The notes: a model not told the origin generated them from the sequence alone. DNA of 64,000 nt from Escherichia coli (GCF_050320075.1 NZ_CP190018.1), one strand, 5' to 3'; shown: positions 47,344 to 59,637, numbered from the stretch's first letter. Numbers and translations: made by a program.

Positions 47344-47372
47344 ACCGATCGCGCTCAATGTTGCGATCGGTT
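47344..47372 (+). terminator. Hairpin CCGATCGC-N10-GCGATCGG followed by TTTG in the convergent tusA/zntA intergenic region
   Basis: Perfect 8-bp stem read from sequence; short T-run only. Confidence 0.35.
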
Positions 47373-47376
47373 TGCC

Positions 47377-49575
47377 TTATCTCCTGCGCAACAATCTTAA
47401 CGCATTCGCTGTCACCAGCACCGTCGCACCCGTATCTGCCAGCACCGCCAGCCACAGGCCGGTCATCCCTAACAGTGTGGTGACGAGGAAGATCCCTTTC
47501 AGCCCCAGCGCAATAGTGATGTTCTGGCGGATATTGGCGTGAGTGGCGCGTGCCAGTTCAATCATTTGCACCAGGCCGCGCAGGTGGTTATGGGTTAATG
47601 CTGCATCGGCGGTTTCCAGCGCCACGTCTGTGCCACTGCCCATTGCAATCCCGATGGCGGCAGCTTTCATCGCTGGCGCGTCGTTAATACCATCACCGAC
47701 CATCGCCAGCGGCGCATGTTGATTCAGCTCGGTCACCGCTTTGACTTTATCTTCCGGCAACAGGCCCGCTTTAAATTCCAGCCCCAGTTCCCCGGCAATT
47801 GCCGCCGCTGCGCGTGGATTATCGCCGGTGAGGATCACCCCTTTGACGCCCAGCGCGTTCAGTTCACTGATGGCAGTTGCAGCATCGGCGCGCAGAGTAT
47901 CCTGCAATGCAATGATACCCAGCACGTCATTGTTACGTACTACCAGCACTACCGTTTGCCCGGCGCTTTCCAGTTCGTTAATTAAACCAGCAAATGCAAC
48001 AGCCGGATGTTTTCCGGCAGCGCATATCAACACGCGCTCACCGTTAACCTGCGCTTCAATGCCAGACCCAACCAGCGCCCGCTGTGATTCGGCGGCGGGA
48101 ATGGCGAGTTCAGCAACCTGTGCTTCGCGTACGATGGCTTGCGCCAGTGGATGCGTCGCGCCTTGCTCGACCGCCGCTGCCAGTGTCAGCAGTTCAGATT
48201 CACTAATACCCGTTGCCGGATGAATCGCGGTAACGCGCGGTTTACCGACGGTCAGCGTACCGGTTTTATCAAACGCCACCTGGGTAACACGACCTAGTTG
48301 TTCCAGCGCCGCACCGCCTTTAATCAACGCCCCACGACGCGCTGCTGCTGCCAGCCCGGAGGTTATCGCCGCAGGCGTTGAGATAACTAACGCACACGGG
48401 CAACCAATCAGCAGCAGCGTCAGCCCTTTATAAATCCACTCTTGCCAGCTGGCGGCAAACAGCAGCGGCGGCACCAGCGTTACCAGCAGGGCGATGGCCA
48501 TAATCGCTGGCGTGTAAATACGGCTGAAACGGTCGATAAACCTCTCAATGGGGGCGCGACGCTCTTCGGCTTCTTCGATCAGTTTCAGAATCCGGTCAAT
48601 GGCGCTGGCACCCGGTTCTGACAGCACTTCCAGCGTTACCAGACGGTCTACGCTGGTGGCTCCTGCAGGAACTTTATCGCCCGTCGCGCGCTCCACCGGA
48701 ATGGATTCTCCGGTCAGGGCGCTTTCATCAAAACTGGCAAACGGTGAGAGCAGTTTACCGTCGGCAGGCAAACGCCCGCCCGCCGCAACTTCAATCACAT
48801 CGCCAGGGCGCAGGCTGTTAATCGCCACCTCTTCCCGCTCACCGTTACGCAGGCGCGTGGCGGTTTCTGGTTTCAGCGCCATCAACGCGCTAACGCCCTG
48901 ACGCGCGCGGCTGGCGGCCCAGCCTTCCAGTCGTTCACCAATCAAAAACAGCAGCAACACCATCGCAGCTTCAGCCGTTGCGCCAATAAACAGCGCACCA
49001 ATAGCAGCTACGCTCATTAACGTTTCAATGGCGAAGTAACTGCCGGATTTGATCAGCCGTAATGCCTGACGAGCAATCGGGTACAGCCCAACCAGCGTGG
49101 TCGCGATAAACGCCAGTTGCCCGAACGGATGATTAAACTGCTCCAGACCCCAGCTGATTGCCATCATCACGATTAGCGTAATCAGCGGCAAATTCTCTTT
49201 CAGGCGTGATGTTTGCGGTTCGTCGGCGGCCTGTTCATCGCGCAGGGAATAGCCCGCTTTTTGCACCGCAGATTCAACCTGGGCACGGATGTCATTGTCG
49301 GCATCGACCACCAGTTTTTCGGTGGCGAACAACACCTGCACCTGATTCACGCCTGCAAGCTGGCGCACGGCATTTTCTACCTTGCGCGCACAGGCGGCGC
49401 AGTCCATGCCGCTGACTTTCCAGCTATAGCGGGTGCCGGAGACGTTTTCAGAGAGCGTTGGCGTGCTGGAACATGCGCCGTCGCAGCAACAGTTGTTGGC
49501 GTTCTGTGCCGTGGTTAGCGGTTTGAACGCAGCAAAGTGAGGGGCTTTCTTGCCGTGATTGTCAGGAGTCGACAT
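47377..49575 (-). CDS. zntA: Zn2+/Cd2+/Pb2+ exporting P1B-type ATPase ZntA
   Basis: 732 aa; N-terminal GMDCAACARKVE metal-binding motif, CPC, DKTGT. Confidence 0.95.
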   Translation of the reverse strand: MSTPDNHGKKAPHFAAFKPLTTAQNANNCCCDGACSSTPTLSENVSGTRYSWKVSGMDCAACARKVENAVRQLAGVNQVQVLFATEKLVVDADNDIRAQVESAVQKAGYSLRDEQAADEPQTSRLKENLPLITLIVMMAISWGLEQFNHPFGQLAFIATTLVGLYPIARQALRLIKSGSYFAIETLMSVAAIGALFIGATAEAAMVLLLFLIGERLEGWAASRARQGVSALMALKPETATRLRNGEREEVAINSLRPGDVIEVAAGGRLPADGKLLSPFASFDESALTGESIPVERATGDKVPAGATSVDRLVTLEVLSEPGASAIDRILKLIEEAEERRAPIERFIDRFSRIYTPAIMAIALLVTLVPPLLFAASWQEWIYKGLTLLLIGCPCALVISTPAAITSGLAAAARRGALIKGGAALEQLGRVTQVAFDKTGTLTVGKPRVTAIHPATGISESELLTLAAAVEQGATHPLAQAIVREAQVAELAIPAAESQRALVGSGIEAQVNGERVLICAAGKHPAVAFAGLINELESAGQTVVLVVRNNDVLGIIALQDTLRADAATAISELNALGVKGVILTGDNPRAAAAIAGELGLEFKAGLLPEDKVKAVTELNQHAPLAMVGDGINDAPAMKAAAIGIAMGSGTDVALETADAALTHNHLRGLVQMIELARATHANIRQNITIALGLKGIFLVTTLLGMTGLWLAVLADTGATVLVTANALRLLRRR

Positions 49576-49610
49576 GGCATCCTCCGGTTAAGTTTTTTCT
49601 CATTAACCGA

Positions 49611-49643
49611 AGGATACACTCTGGAGTCGACTCCAGAGTCAAG
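49611..49643 (-). promoter_or_regulatory. zntA promoter with ZntR (MerR-type) operator: TTGACT, dyad ACTCTGGAGTCGACTCCAGAGT in a long spacer, then TATCCT
   Basis: Palindrome and hexamers read on the minus strand just upstream of zntA. Confidence 0.8.
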
Positions 49644-49648
49644 TTTTA

Positions 49649-50275
49649 TCAGAGATACAGCGAGCGGACGATCAGGAAGTGACCGGCAAAGTAGCAGGCC
49701 GCAGCAATCGCGTTATCCGCACGGAAGCGTCGGCGATAGTGGCTCCCCAGCCAGACAAAGTTACTGATAAATAGCAACGAAGCGCCAACAAACGCAGAGA
49801 GCGCCGGAGCGGTCGGACGGAAGAACCACAGTTCACCTGCCAGCCACACCATCACCAGCGTCATGCCGATAAACGTGCAGATAGGCCAACGGTACTCTTC
49901 CAGCCGCGTCCAGATAATCGCCAGTAACAGCGCCCCCAGAACCAGCAACACCAGTGGCAGAGGCCAGAAGAAAGAGAGCGTCATCTGACTGGCGAAATAG
50001 ATGGTGTACAGCAGGTGCGAGAGGAAAAACGCGCCGATGGCGTACATCAGACGTTGACGTGGCAACAGGGTTAGCGCATCGCCCAGCAGTGAGGCGCACA
50101 GCCCCGCCAGCACCAGATAGCTAATGGCGTCGAACATCGGCGCTTGCCAGGCCAGTAACAGCAGGAGAAGAAGGGTTAACGGTTTAAACACCCAGCGTTG
50201 CCAGGTTGGCCCACGATACGATGCATCCACAGATAGCCATGCGGAAAGACAGACAGCGATAAACGACCAAAGCAT
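49649..50275 (-). CDS. yhhN: YhhN-family membrane protein
   Basis: 208-aa polytopic membrane protein. Confidence 0.88.
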
Positions 50276-50415
50276 CTTAGTTCCTTGAATTCGTTATTTT
50301 TTCGTAAGCGGAATGCCTACGGTCTTGCTTCCAGTTTAGTGGCGAGGGTGGACGGATGACAACACCATAACTGGCAGGGTATGCTTAATTCCGCATTTTC
50401 CGATGAGGGATAAAG

Positions 50416-50775
50416 ATGAGCAAACCACCTCTTTTCTTTATTGTTATCATTGGCTTAATCATCGTCGCCGCATCGTTTCGTTTTATGCAACAACGACGGG
50501 AAAAAGCTGATAATGATATGGCACCGCTCCAGCAAAAGTTGGTGGTGGTGAGCAACAAGCGGGAAAAACCGATTAACGATCGCCGTTCGCGCCAGCAGGA
50601 AGTGACTCCGGCAGGCACCAGTATGCGCTATGAGGCAAGCTTCAAACCGCAAAGCGGAGGAATGGAGCAGACGTTTCGCCTCGACGCCCAGCAGTACCAC
50701 GCCCTGACAGTGGGCGATAAAGGTACGCTGAGCTATAAAGGAACGCGCTTTGTCAGCTTTGTTGGCGAACAATAA
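50416..50775 (+). CDS. yhhM: DUF2500 protein YhhM
   Basis: 119 aa with N-terminal TM segment. Confidence 0.85.
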   Translation: MSKPPLFFIVIIGLIIVAASFRFMQQRREKADNDMAPLQQKLVVVSNKREKPINDRRSRQQEVTPAGTSMRYEASFKPQSGGMEQTFRLDAQQYHALTVGDKGTLSYKGTRFVSFVGEQ

Positions 50776-50777
50776 GG

Positions 50778-51047
50778 TTATTTTTTAACTTTAAATTTCT
50801 TCTGCCAGACCAGCAGTTCAAACACGCCGAAAAGGAAAATCCGTACCTTTTCGGCGGTGGTCATCTGCGGGCCATCTTTCGGCAAGGTCGATTTCAATAG
50901 CGCCAGCTGCATACCATGCATCAGCACGGTAAAAATCAGCGCCACGTTAACAAAAATATTCAGCGGGCGTGGGAAGGGATGCACCAGGTTGAGGATTAAA
51001 AATCCCCAAACGCAGAGCATTAACAAACGACCAATATTAATCAGCAT
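50778..51047 (-). CDS. yhhL: DUF1145 small membrane protein YhhL
   Basis: 89 aa from MLINIGRLL with AAGGAG RBS; overlaps the rsmD 3' end. Confidence 0.8.
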   Translation of the reverse strand: MLINIGRLLMLCVWGFLILNLVHPFPRPLNIFVNVALIFTVLMHGMQLALLKSTLPKDGPQMTTAEKVRIFLFGVFELLVWQKKFKVKK

Positions 51048-51633
51048 CACTTTCTCCTTGTGCTTCGCGTTGATACAGCCGATAAGCCACCTGACCCGCC
51101 ACTTTTTCCCGATGTAATGACCAGTTTGCCGGAACAGTGGGCAGACCGTTTTCGACTTCGCTTTCGACATAAATCAGGGCTTCGTCAGCCAGCCAGCCGT
51201 TATCTTCCAGTAAATTTATCGTCTCTTCTAACAAGCCACGGCGGAACGGCGGATCGACAAACACGATATTATGCGGTGTGCCTTTTTGCGCCAGGAATGA
51301 CATCGCGTTGCTGTTCACCACGCGTGCATTGCCTGCTTTTAGTGTCGCCAGATTCTTAATTAACTGCTGAGAAACCGCGCGATCCATCTCAATCAACGTG
51401 GCCCCCGCAGCGTAGCGCGATAACGCTTCCAGCCCCAGCGCGCCGCTCCCGGCGAAGCAATCCAGACATTGGGCGTCAACAATGACCGGAGCCAGCCAGT
51501 TAAACAACGTTTCGCGTACGCGGTCGGTGGTGGGGCGCAGACCTGGGCTATCAGGAACCGGGAGTTTACGGCCTCGCCACTGCCCGCCAATAATGCGGAT
51601 TTGGCCGCTGCCGGAATGATTCGGTTTTTTCAT
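51037..51633 (-). CDS. rsmD: 16S rRNA m2G966 methyltransferase RsmD
   Basis: 198 aa; SAM-binding motif region (DCFAGSGALGLEALSR). Confidence 0.9.
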   Translation of the reverse strand: MKKPNHSGSGQIRIIGGQWRGRKLPVPDSPGLRPTTDRVRETLFNWLAPVIVDAQCLDCFAGSGALGLEALSRYAAGATLIEMDRAVSQQLIKNLATLKAGNARVVNSNAMSFLAQKGTPHNIVFVDPPFRRGLLEETINLLEDNGWLADEALIYVESEVENGLPTVPANWSLHREKVAGQVAYRLYQREAQGESDAD

Positions 51634-51782
51634 GATAAATTGCTCAATCCGCCAGATAACACATACTTGCAGGCGGTGATGTGAATTAAGTTAAGTGATA
51701 GACTATTTCATCATTTTTTTAGCTGCTATGTACATAGCGTTAACGCTGTGCCATGAAGCAACAGCGAGGAGTGTAGTCGCAA

Positions 51783-53279
51783 ATGGCGAAAGAAAAAAAA
51801 CGTGGCTTTTTTTCCTGGCTGGGCTTTGGTCAAAAAGAGCAGACCCCGGAAAAAGAGACAGAAGTTCAGAATGAACAACCGGTTGTAGAAGAAATCGTTC
51901 AGGCGCAAGAGCCTGCGAAGGCTTCGGAACAAGCCGTTGAAGAGCAGCCGCAGGCGCATACTGAGGCCGAAGCGGAAACTTTTGCTGCCGAAGTTGTGGA
52001 AGTCACTGAACAGGTTGCTGAAAGTGAAAAAGCGCAGCCTGAAGCGGAAGTCGTTGCACAGCCGGAACTGGTCGCAGAAGAAACGCCGGAGCCAGTGGCT
52101 ATCGAACGTGAAGAGCTGCCGTTGCCGGAAGACGTCAACGCCGAAGAGGTTTCGCCAGAAGAGTGGCGGGCTGAAGCGGAAACCGTAGAGATTGTCGAAG
52201 CGGCGGAAGAAGAAGCGGCTAAAGAAGAAATCACCGACGAAGAGCTGGAAGCACAGGCGCTGGCTGCCGAAGCGGCAGAAGAGGCAGTGATGGTGGTTCC
52301 TCCGGCAGAAGAAGAGCAGCCGGTAGAAGAAATCGCTCAGGAGCAGGAAAAACCGACCAAAGAAGGTTTCTTCGCGCGCCTGAAACGCAGCCTGTTAAAA
52401 ACTAAAGAAAATCTCGGTTCCGGATTTATCAGCCTGTTCCGCGGTAAAAAAATCGACGATGATCTGTTTGAAGAGCTGGAAGAACAGCTGTTGATCGCCG
52501 ATGTGGGCGTGGAAACCACACGTAAAATAATCACCAATCTGACGGAAGGCGCATCCCGCAAGCAGCTTCGTGATGCCGAGGCGCTCTATGGCCTGCTGAA
52601 AGAAGAGATGGGCGAGATTCTGGCGAAAGTCGATGAGCCGCTGAATGTTGAAGGTAAAACGCCGTTCGTGATCCTGATGGTAGGCGTCAACGGTGTGGGT
52701 AAAACCACGACGATTGGTAAGCTGGCGCGTCAGTTTGAGCAGCAGGGTAAATCGGTGATGCTGGCGGCGGGCGATACTTTCCGTGCGGCAGCGGTTGAAC
52801 AGCTTCAGGTCTGGGGTCAGCGCAACAATATTCCGGTGATTGCCCAGCATACCGGTGCGGATTCCGCCTCTGTTATCTTCGACGCCATTCAGGCCGCTAA
52901 AGCGCGTAATATCGACGTCCTGATTGCCGATACCGCCGGACGCCTGCAGAACAAATCGCACCTGATGGAAGAGTTGAAGAAAATCGTCCGCGTGATGAAG
53001 AAACTCGACGTTGAAGCGCCGCATGAAGTTATGCTGACTATCGATGCCAGCACCGGGCAGAACGCGGTAAGCCAGGCCAAACTGTTCCATGAAGCCGTTG
53101 GCTTAACCGGCATCACGCTAACGAAACTGGACGGCACGGCGAAAGGCGGGGTAATTTTCTCGGTGGCTGACCAGTTTGGTATTCCTATCCGCTACATTGG
53201 TGTCGGCGAACGTATTGAGGATTTGCGTCCGTTTAAGGCGGACGACTTTATAGAGGCACTTTTTGCCCGAGAGGATTAA
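51783..53279 (+). CDS. ftsY: Signal recognition particle receptor FtsY
   Basis: Acidic Glu-rich A domain then NG GTPase domain (GVNGVGKTT, DTAGR, TKLDG). Confidence 0.95.
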   Translation: MAKEKKRGFFSWLGFGQKEQTPEKETEVQNEQPVVEEIVQAQEPAKASEQAVEEQPQAHTEAEAETFAAEVVEVTEQVAESEKAQPEAEVVAQPELVAEETPEPVAIEREELPLPEDVNAEEVSPEEWRAEAETVEIVEAAEEEAAKEEITDEELEAQALAAEAAEEAVMVVPPAEEEQPVEEIAQEQEKPTKEGFFARLKRSLLKTKENLGSGFISLFRGKKIDDDLFEELEEQLLIADVGVETTRKIITNLTEGASRKQLRDAEALYGLLKEEMGEILAKVDEPLNVEGKTPFVILMVGVNGVGKTTTIGKLARQFEQQGKSVMLAAGDTFRAAAVEQLQVWGQRNNIPVIAQHTGADSASVIFDAIQAAKARNIDVLIADTAGRLQNKSHLMEELKKIVRVMKKLDVEAPHEVMLTIDASTGQNAVSQAKLFHEAVGLTGITLTKLDGTAKGGVIFSVADQFGIPIRYIGVGERIEDLRPFKADDFIEALFARED

Positions 53280-53281
53280 CA

Positions 53282-53950
53282 ATGATTCGCTTTGAACATG
53301 TCAGCAAGGCTTATCTCGGTGGGAGACAGGCGCTGCAGGGCGTTACGTTCCATATGCAGCCGGGTGAGATGGCGTTTCTGACCGGTCATTCCGGCGCAGG
53401 GAAAAGTACCCTCCTGAAGCTGATCTGTGGGATTGAGCGGCCCAGCGCCGGGAAAATCTGGTTTAGCGGCCATGACATCACGCGTCTGAAAAACCGTGAA
53501 GTTCCGTTTCTGCGCCGCCAGATTGGCATGATTTTCCAGGATCACCATCTACTGATGGACCGTACTGTCTACGATAACGTGGCGATCCCGCTGATTATCG
53601 CTGGTGCCAGCGGTGACGATATTCGTCGCCGGGTGTCGGCGGCACTGGATAAAGTCGGGCTACTGGACAAAGCGAAGAACTTCCCTATTCAGCTTTCGGG
53701 CGGTGAACAACAGCGTGTTGGCATTGCCCGCGCGGTGGTGAATAAGCCCGCGGTACTGCTGGCGGACGAACCGACTGGTAACCTGGACGACGCGTTGTCG
53801 GAAGGCATTTTACGTCTGTTTGAAGAGTTTAACCGCGTTGGGGTAACCGTATTGATGGCAACGCACGACATCAACCTGATTTCGCGGCGTTCCTATCGCA
53901 TGCTCACCCTGAGCGATGGTCACTTGCATGGAGGCGTGGGCCATGAATAA
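53282..53950 (+). CDS. ftsE: Cell division ABC ATPase FtsE
   Basis: 222 aa, Walker [18 protein letters not shown]. Confidence 0.95.
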
Positions 53951-55001
53951 GCGCGATGCAATCAATCATATTCGGCAGTTTGGCGGGCGTCTGGATCGCT
54001 TCCGTAAATCGGTCGGCGGCTCAGGCGACGGCGGTCGTAACGCGCCAAAACGCGCGAAATCCTCGCCAAAACCGGTAAATCGCAAAACCAACGTTTTCAA
54101 CGAACAGGTGCGCTATGCCTTCCACGGCGCATTGCAGGATCTGAAAAGCAAACCGTTCGCCACGTTTTTAACGGTGATGGTTATCGCCATCTCCCTGACG
54201 CTGCCCAGCGTCTGTTATATGGTGTACAAAAACGTTAACCAGGCGGCGACGCAATATTATCCGTCACCGCAAATCACTGTTTATCTGCAAAAAACGCTGG
54301 ACGATGACGCCGCTGCGGGTGTGGTGGCACAGTTGCAGGCCGAGCAAGGCGTGGAGAAAGTGAACTATCTTTCTCGTGAAGACGCGCTGGGCGAGTTCCG
54401 TAACTGGTCTGGTTTTGGTGGTGCGCTGGATATGCTGGAAGAAAACCCGCTTCCGGCAGTGGCGGTGGTGATCCCGAAACTCGATTTTCAGGGGACAGAA
54501 TCACTGAATACGCTGCGTGATCGTATCACCCAGATCAACGGCATTGACGAAGTGCGGATGGATGACAGCTGGTTTGCCCGTCTGGCGGCGTTAACCGGGC
54601 TGGTCGGGCGCGTTTCCGCGATGATCGGCGTGTTGATGGTGGCAGCAGTGTTTCTCGTCATCGGCAACAGTGTGCGTCTGAGCATCTTTGCTCGCCGTGA
54701 CTCCATTAACGTGCAGAAACTGATTGGTGCGACGGATGGTTTCATCCTGCGCCCGTTCCTGTACGGTGGCGCACTGCTGGGATTTTCTGGCGCATTGCTG
54801 TCATTAATTTTGTCAGAAATTCTGGTACTGCGTTTGTCATCGGCGGTTGCGGAAGTGGCACAGGTTTTCGGAACAAAGTTTGATATCAATGGCTTATCGT
54901 TCGATGAATGCCTGCTGTTGCTGCTGGTATGCTCGATGATTGGCTGGGTGGCAGCGTGGCTTGCCACGGTACAACATTTACGCCACTTTACGCCTGAATA
55001 A
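53943..55001 (+). CDS. ftsX: Cell division ABC permease-like protein FtsX
   Basis: 352 aa from [12 protein letters not shown]; overlaps the ftsE 3' end. Confidence 0.92.
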
Positions 55002-55125
55002 TAAAAGCGTGTTATACTCTTTCCCTGCAATGGGTTCCGTAGCAGGGAAAGAGACCCCGTTGTCTCTTCCCGGTATTTCATCTCTATGTCACATTTTGTG
55101 CGTAATTTATTCACAGCGTTGCATT

Positions 55126-55153
55126 GAACTTGTGGATAAAATCACTGTCTGAT
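55126..55153 (+). promoter_or_regulatory. Candidate sigma-E-dependent rpoH promoter (GAACTT -35, 16-nt spacer, TCTGAT -10)
   Basis: Motifs read upstream of rpoH; assignment relies on the remembered sigma-E consensus. Confidence 0.5.
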
Positions 55154-55245
55154 AAAACAGTGAATGATAACCTCGTTGCTCTTAAGCTCTGGCACAGTTG
55201 TTGCTACCACTGAAGCGCCAGAAGATATCGATTGAGAGGATTTGA

Positions 55246-56100
55246 ATGACTGACAAAATGCAAAGTTTAGCTTTAGCCCCAGTTGGCAACCTGGATTCCT
55301 ACATCCGGGCAGCTAACGCGTGGCCGATGTTGTCGGCTGACGAGGAGCGGGCGCTGGCTGAAAAGCTGCATTACCATGGCGATCTGGAAGCAGCTAAAAC
55401 GCTGATCCTGTCTCACCTGCGGTTTGTTGTTCATATTGCTCGTAATTATGCGGGCTATGGCCTGCCACAGGCGGATTTGATTCAGGAAGGTAACATCGGC
55501 CTGATGAAAGCAGTGCGCCGTTTTAACCCGGAAGTGGGTGTGCGCCTGGTCTCCTTCGCCGTCCACTGGATCAAAGCAGAGATCCACGAATACGTTCTGC
55601 GTAACTGGCGTATCGTCAAAGTTGCGACCACCAAAGCGCAGCGCAAACTGTTCTTCAACCTGCGTAAAACCAAGCAGCGTCTGGGCTGGTTTAACCAGGA
55701 TGAAGTTGAAATGGTGGCCCGTGAACTGGGCGTAACCAGCAAAGACGTACGTGAGATGGAGTCGCGTATGGCGGCACAGGACATGACCTTTGACCTGTCT
55801 TCCGACGACGATTCGGATAGCCAGCCGATGGCTCCGGTGCTCTATCTGCAGGATAAATCATCTAACTTTGCTGACGGCATCGAAGATGATAACTGGGAAG
55901 AGCAGGCGGCAAACCGTCTGACCGACGCGATGCAAGGTCTGGACGAGCGTAGCCAGGATATCATCCGCGCGCGCTGGCTGGACGAAGACAACAAGTCCAC
56001 GTTGCAGGAGCTGGCTGACCGTTACGGTGTTTCCGCTGAGCGTGTGCGCCAGCTGGAAAAGAACGCGATGAAAAAACTTCGCGCTGCCATTGAAGCGTAA
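55246..56100 (+). CDS. rpoH: RNA polymerase sigma-32 (heat shock sigma factor)
   Basis: 284 aa, [24 protein letters not shown]; sigma-70 family regions 2 and 4. Confidence 0.96.
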   Translation: MTDKMQSLALAPVGNLDSYIRAANAWPMLSADEERALAEKLHYHGDLEAAKTLILSHLRFVVHIARNYAGYGLPQADLIQEGNIGLMKAVRRFNPEVGVRLVSFAVHWIKAEIHEYVLRNWRIVKVATTKAQRKLFFNLRKTKQRLGWFNQDEVEMVARELGVTSKDVREMESRMAAQDMTFDLSSDDDSDSQPMAPVLYLQDKSSNFADGIEDDNWEEQAANRLTDAMQGLDERSQDIIRARWLDEDNKSTLQELADRYGVSAERVRQLEKNAMKKLRAAIEA

Positions 56101-56122
56101 TTTCCGCTACTAAGCAGAGAAC

Positions 56123-56153
56123 CCTGGATGAGAATCCGGGGTTTTTGTTTTTT
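56123..56153 (+). terminator. Rho-independent terminator downstream of rpoH
   Basis: Hairpin CCCTGGAT-GAGA-ATCCGGGG followed by TTTTTGTTTTTT. Confidence 0.75.
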
Positions 56154-56370
56154 GGGCCTCTGCAATAATCAGTTTCCCCTCCGGCAAAACGCCAATCCCC
56201 ACGCAGATTGTTAATAAACTGTCAAAATAGCTATTCCAATATCATAAAAATGGGGTATGTTTTAGCAGAGTATGCTGCTAAAGCACGGGTAGTCATGCAT
56301 AAAACGAAATAAAGTGCTGAATCACAACACCACAACACACGTAATAACCAGAAGAATGGGGAACCTCAGG

Positions 56371-57474
56371 ATGAACATGAAGGGTAAAGCGTTACTGGCA
56401 GGATGTATCGCGCTGGCATTCAGCAATATGGCTCTGGCAGAAGATATTAAAGTCGCGGTCGTGGGCGCAATGTCCGGTCCGGTGGCCCAGTACGGTGACC
56501 AGGAGTTTACTGGTGCTGAGCAGGCGGTTGCGGATATCAATGCTAAAGGTGGTATCAAAGGCAACAAACTGCAAATCGTGAAATATGACGATGCCTGTGA
56601 CCCGAAACAGGCGGTTGCGGTGGCGAACAAAGTCGTTAACGACGGCATTAAATATGTGATTGGTCACCTCTGTTCTTCATCAACGCAGCCAGCGTCAGAC
56701 ATCTATGAAGATGAAGGCATTTTAATGATCACCCCAGCGGCAACCGCGCCAGAGCTGACCGCTCGTGGCTATCAGCTGATCCTGCGCACTACCGGCCTGG
56801 ACTCCGACCAGGGGCCGACGGCGGCGAAATATATTCTTGAGAAAGTGAAACCGCAGCGTATTGCTATCGTCCACGACAAACAGCAGTACGGTGAAGGTCT
56901 GGCGCGTGCGGTGCAGGACGGCCTGAAGAAAGGCAATGCTAACGTGGTGTTCTTTGATGGTATCACCGCCGGGGAAAAAGATTTCTCTACGCTGGTGGCG
57001 CGTCTGAAAAAAGAGAATATCGACTTCGTTTACTACGGCGGTTATCACCCGGAAATGGGGCAAATCCTGCGTCAGGCACGCGCGGCGGGGCTGAAAACTC
57101 AGTTTATGGGGCCGGAAGGCGTGGCTAACGTCTCGCTGTCTAACATTGCGGGCGAATCAGCGGAAGGGCTGCTGGTGACCAAGCCGAAGAACTACGATCA
57201 GGTTCCGGCGAACAAACCCATTGTTGACGCGATCAAAGCGAAGAAACAGGACCCAAGCGGCGCGTTCGTCTGGACCACCTACGCCGCGCTGCAATCTTTG
57301 CAGGCGGGTCTGAATCAGTCTGACGATCCGGCTGAAATCGCCAAATACCTGAAAGCGAACTCCGTGGATACGGTGATGGGGCCGCTGACCTGGGATGAGA
57401 AAGGCGATCTGAAAGGCTTTGAGTTCGGCGTATTTGACTGGCACGCCAACGGCACGGCGACCGATGCGAAGTAA
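56371..57474 (+). CDS. livJ: Leu/Ile/Val periplasmic binding protein LivJ
   Basis: 367 aa from [23 protein letters not shown]; paralog of livK in this window. Confidence 0.92.
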   Translation: MNMKGKALLAGCIALAFSNMALAEDIKVAVVGAMSGPVAQYGDQEFTGAEQAVADINAKGGIKGNKLQIVKYDDACDPKQAVAVANKVVNDGIKYVIGHLCSSSTQPASDIYEDEGILMITPAATAPELTARGYQLILRTTGLDSDQGPTAAKYILEKVKPQRIAIVHDKQQYGEGLARAVQDGLKKGNANVVFFDGITAGEKDFSTLVARLKKENIDFVYYGGYHPEMGQILRQARAAGLKTQFMGPEGVANVSLSNIAGESAEGLLVTKPKNYDQVPANKPIVDAIKAKKQDPSGAFVWTTYAALQSLQAGLNQSDDPAEIAKYLKANSVDTVMGPLTWDEKGDLKGFEFGVFDWHANGTATDAK

Positions 57475-57529
57475 TCATTAATCGGCAACTTTGGGTTGCC
57501 GCCAAATTGCTAATATCGAGTACGTTGCT

Positions 57530-57635
<106 letters not shown>

Positions 57636-57673
57636 TTCTCGTTGGTCATCACTTTTGAAATCAAACTTTACGA

Positions 57674-58057
57674 TTAACGCTTCTCCCAGCCGCCCTGTTG
57701 TGCCGTAAATCCCAGTGCCTGCATAAACGCTGTCATCACGCCGCGATCTTCCACGCCTGCATCCGCCATCCACCAGCATGAAACGCCAGGATTGTTACGC
57801 AAAACCTCTTCCAGCAGATATTGCCCCACACCGCGACGGCGGGTGACTTCCCTAACACGCAGGGAATCCAGTGCCCCCTCGGTGCCGCTTAAGGTTACCC
57901 GCACGGCCGCGAGAAGGCGCTCGTTAAAACGCGCGGCGTAGATACGGTGGTTATCGTCAACCTGTAAAGAGGAAGGGGAATACTCCGGCCAGATCTTTTG
58001 CAGGTCAATCCGGTCCTGGTCGCTAAAGTTTTCTAATCGAATGATGGTCAGCTTCAT
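57674..58057 (-). CDS. panM: PanD maturation factor PanM (PanZ, YhhK), GNAT fold
   Basis: 127-aa ORF between livJ and livK. Confidence 0.85.
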   Translation of the reverse strand: MKLTIIRLENFSDQDRIDLQKIWPEYSPSSLQVDDNHRIYAARFNERLLAAVRVTLSGTEGALDSLRVREVTRRRGVGQYLLEEVLRNNPGVSCWWMADAGVEDRGVMTAFMQALGFTAQQGGWEKR

Positions 58058-58480
58058 GGGGAACCCGTGTAAATCACAAAAGTGGAACCAGTGTAGCGAA
58101 ATAATTTAATCGGAGGCTTTCTCTTTTTTATTTCTTTTGGCAGGTGATTAATTTTTTAACAGCAATAATTACAAAGTTAAAACATTATAGAATGAAAAAT
58201 ACCCAGCATAATCCCCTGAATGATAGTGAATTATTCCGCCCTTTGTGCCGTTATTTTATGCTGACAACGGCACTTTTTTCTGTTTATCTATCATTAAATT
58301 CAGAATATTATCTGTTCTTAATCGACTGAAAAATAGGGATTTTAATCGCTATTATCACAAAATACTGCGCTAAATCCTTAATCAGACAGGCAAAAACAGT
58401 GCAGTATAAAAAAAGAACAGTCTGATTTGTTAACACATAAAAACAAAGCAACACAACATCACGAATGGGGATTTTTGACT

Positions 58481-59590
58481 ATGAAACGGAATGCGAAAAC
58501 TATCATCGCAGGGATGATTGCACTGGCAATTTCACACACCGCTATGGCTGACGATATTAAAGTCGCCGTTGTCGGCGCGATGTCTGGCCCGATTGCCCAG
58601 TGGGGCGATATGGAATTTAACGGCGCGCGTCAGGCGATTAAAGACATTAATGCCAAAGGGGGAATTAAAGGCGATAAGCTGGTTGGCGTGGAATATGACG
58701 ACGCCTGCGACCCGAAACAAGCCGTTGCGGTCGCCAACAAAATCGTTAACGACGGCATTAAATACGTTATTGGTCATCTGTGTTCTTCCTCTACCCAGCC
58801 AGCGTCGGATATCTACGAAGACGAAGGTATTCTGATGATCTCACCGGGAGCGACCAACCCGGAACTGACCCAACGCGGTTATCAACACATCATGCGTACT
58901 GCCGGGCTGGACTCTTCCCAGGGGCCAACGGCGGCAAAATACATTCTTGAGACGGTGAAGCCCCAGCGCATCGCCATCATTCACGACAAACAACAGTATG
59001 GCGAAGGGCTGGCACGTTCGGTGCAGGACGGGCTGAAAGCGGCTAACGCCAACGTTGTCTTCTTCGACGGTATTACCGCGGGTGAGAAAGATTTCTCCGC
59101 GCTGATCGCCCGCCTGAAAAAAGAAAATATCGACTTCGTTTACTACGGCGGTTACTACCCGGAAATGGGGCAGATGCTGCGCCAGGCCCGTTCCGTTGGC
59201 CTGAAAACTCAGTTTATGGGGCCGGAAGGTGTGGGTAATGCGTCGTTGTCGAATATTGCTGGCGATGCTGCCGAAGGCATGTTGGTCACCATGCCAAAAC
59301 GCTATGACCAGGACCCGGCAAACAAAGGCATCGTTGATGCGCTGAAAGCAGACAAGAAAGATCCATCCGGGCCATATGTCTGGATCACCTACGCGGCGGT
59401 GCAATCTCTGGCAACTGCCCTTGAGCGTACCGGCAGCGATGAGCCGCTGGCGCTGGTGAAAGATTTAAAAGCTAACGGTGCAAATACCGTGATTGGGCCG
59501 CTGAACTGGGATGAAAAAGGCGATCTTAAGGGATTTGATTTTGGTGTCTTCCAGTGGCACGCCGACGGTTCATCCACGGCAGCCAAGTGA
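58481..59590 (+). CDS. livK: Leucine-specific periplasmic binding protein LivK
   Basis: 369 aa from [23 protein letters not shown]. Confidence 0.92.
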   Translation: MKRNAKTIIAGMIALAISHTAMADDIKVAVVGAMSGPIAQWGDMEFNGARQAIKDINAKGGIKGDKLVGVEYDDACDPKQAVAVANKIVNDGIKYVIGHLCSSSTQPASDIYEDEGILMISPGATNPELTQRGYQHIMRTAGLDSSQGPTAAKYILETVKPQRIAIIHDKQQYGEGLARSVQDGLKAANANVVFFDGITAGEKDFSALIARLKKENIDFVYYGGYYPEMGQMLRQARSVGLKTQFMGPEGVGNASLSNIAGDAAEGMLVTMPKRYDQDPANKGIVDALKADKKDPSGPYVWITYAAVQSLATALERTGSDEPLALVKDLKANGANTVIGPLNWDEKGDLKGFDFGVFQWHADGSSTAAK

Positions 59591-59637
59591 TCATCCCACC
59601 GCCCGTAAAATGCGGGCGGGTTTAGAAAGGTTACCTT

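Noticed and set aside
58144-58329. 61-aa ORF in the livK upstream region
   Set aside because: Lies in the AT-rich livK promoter/regulatory region, where such frames arise by chance; composition is not protein-like.
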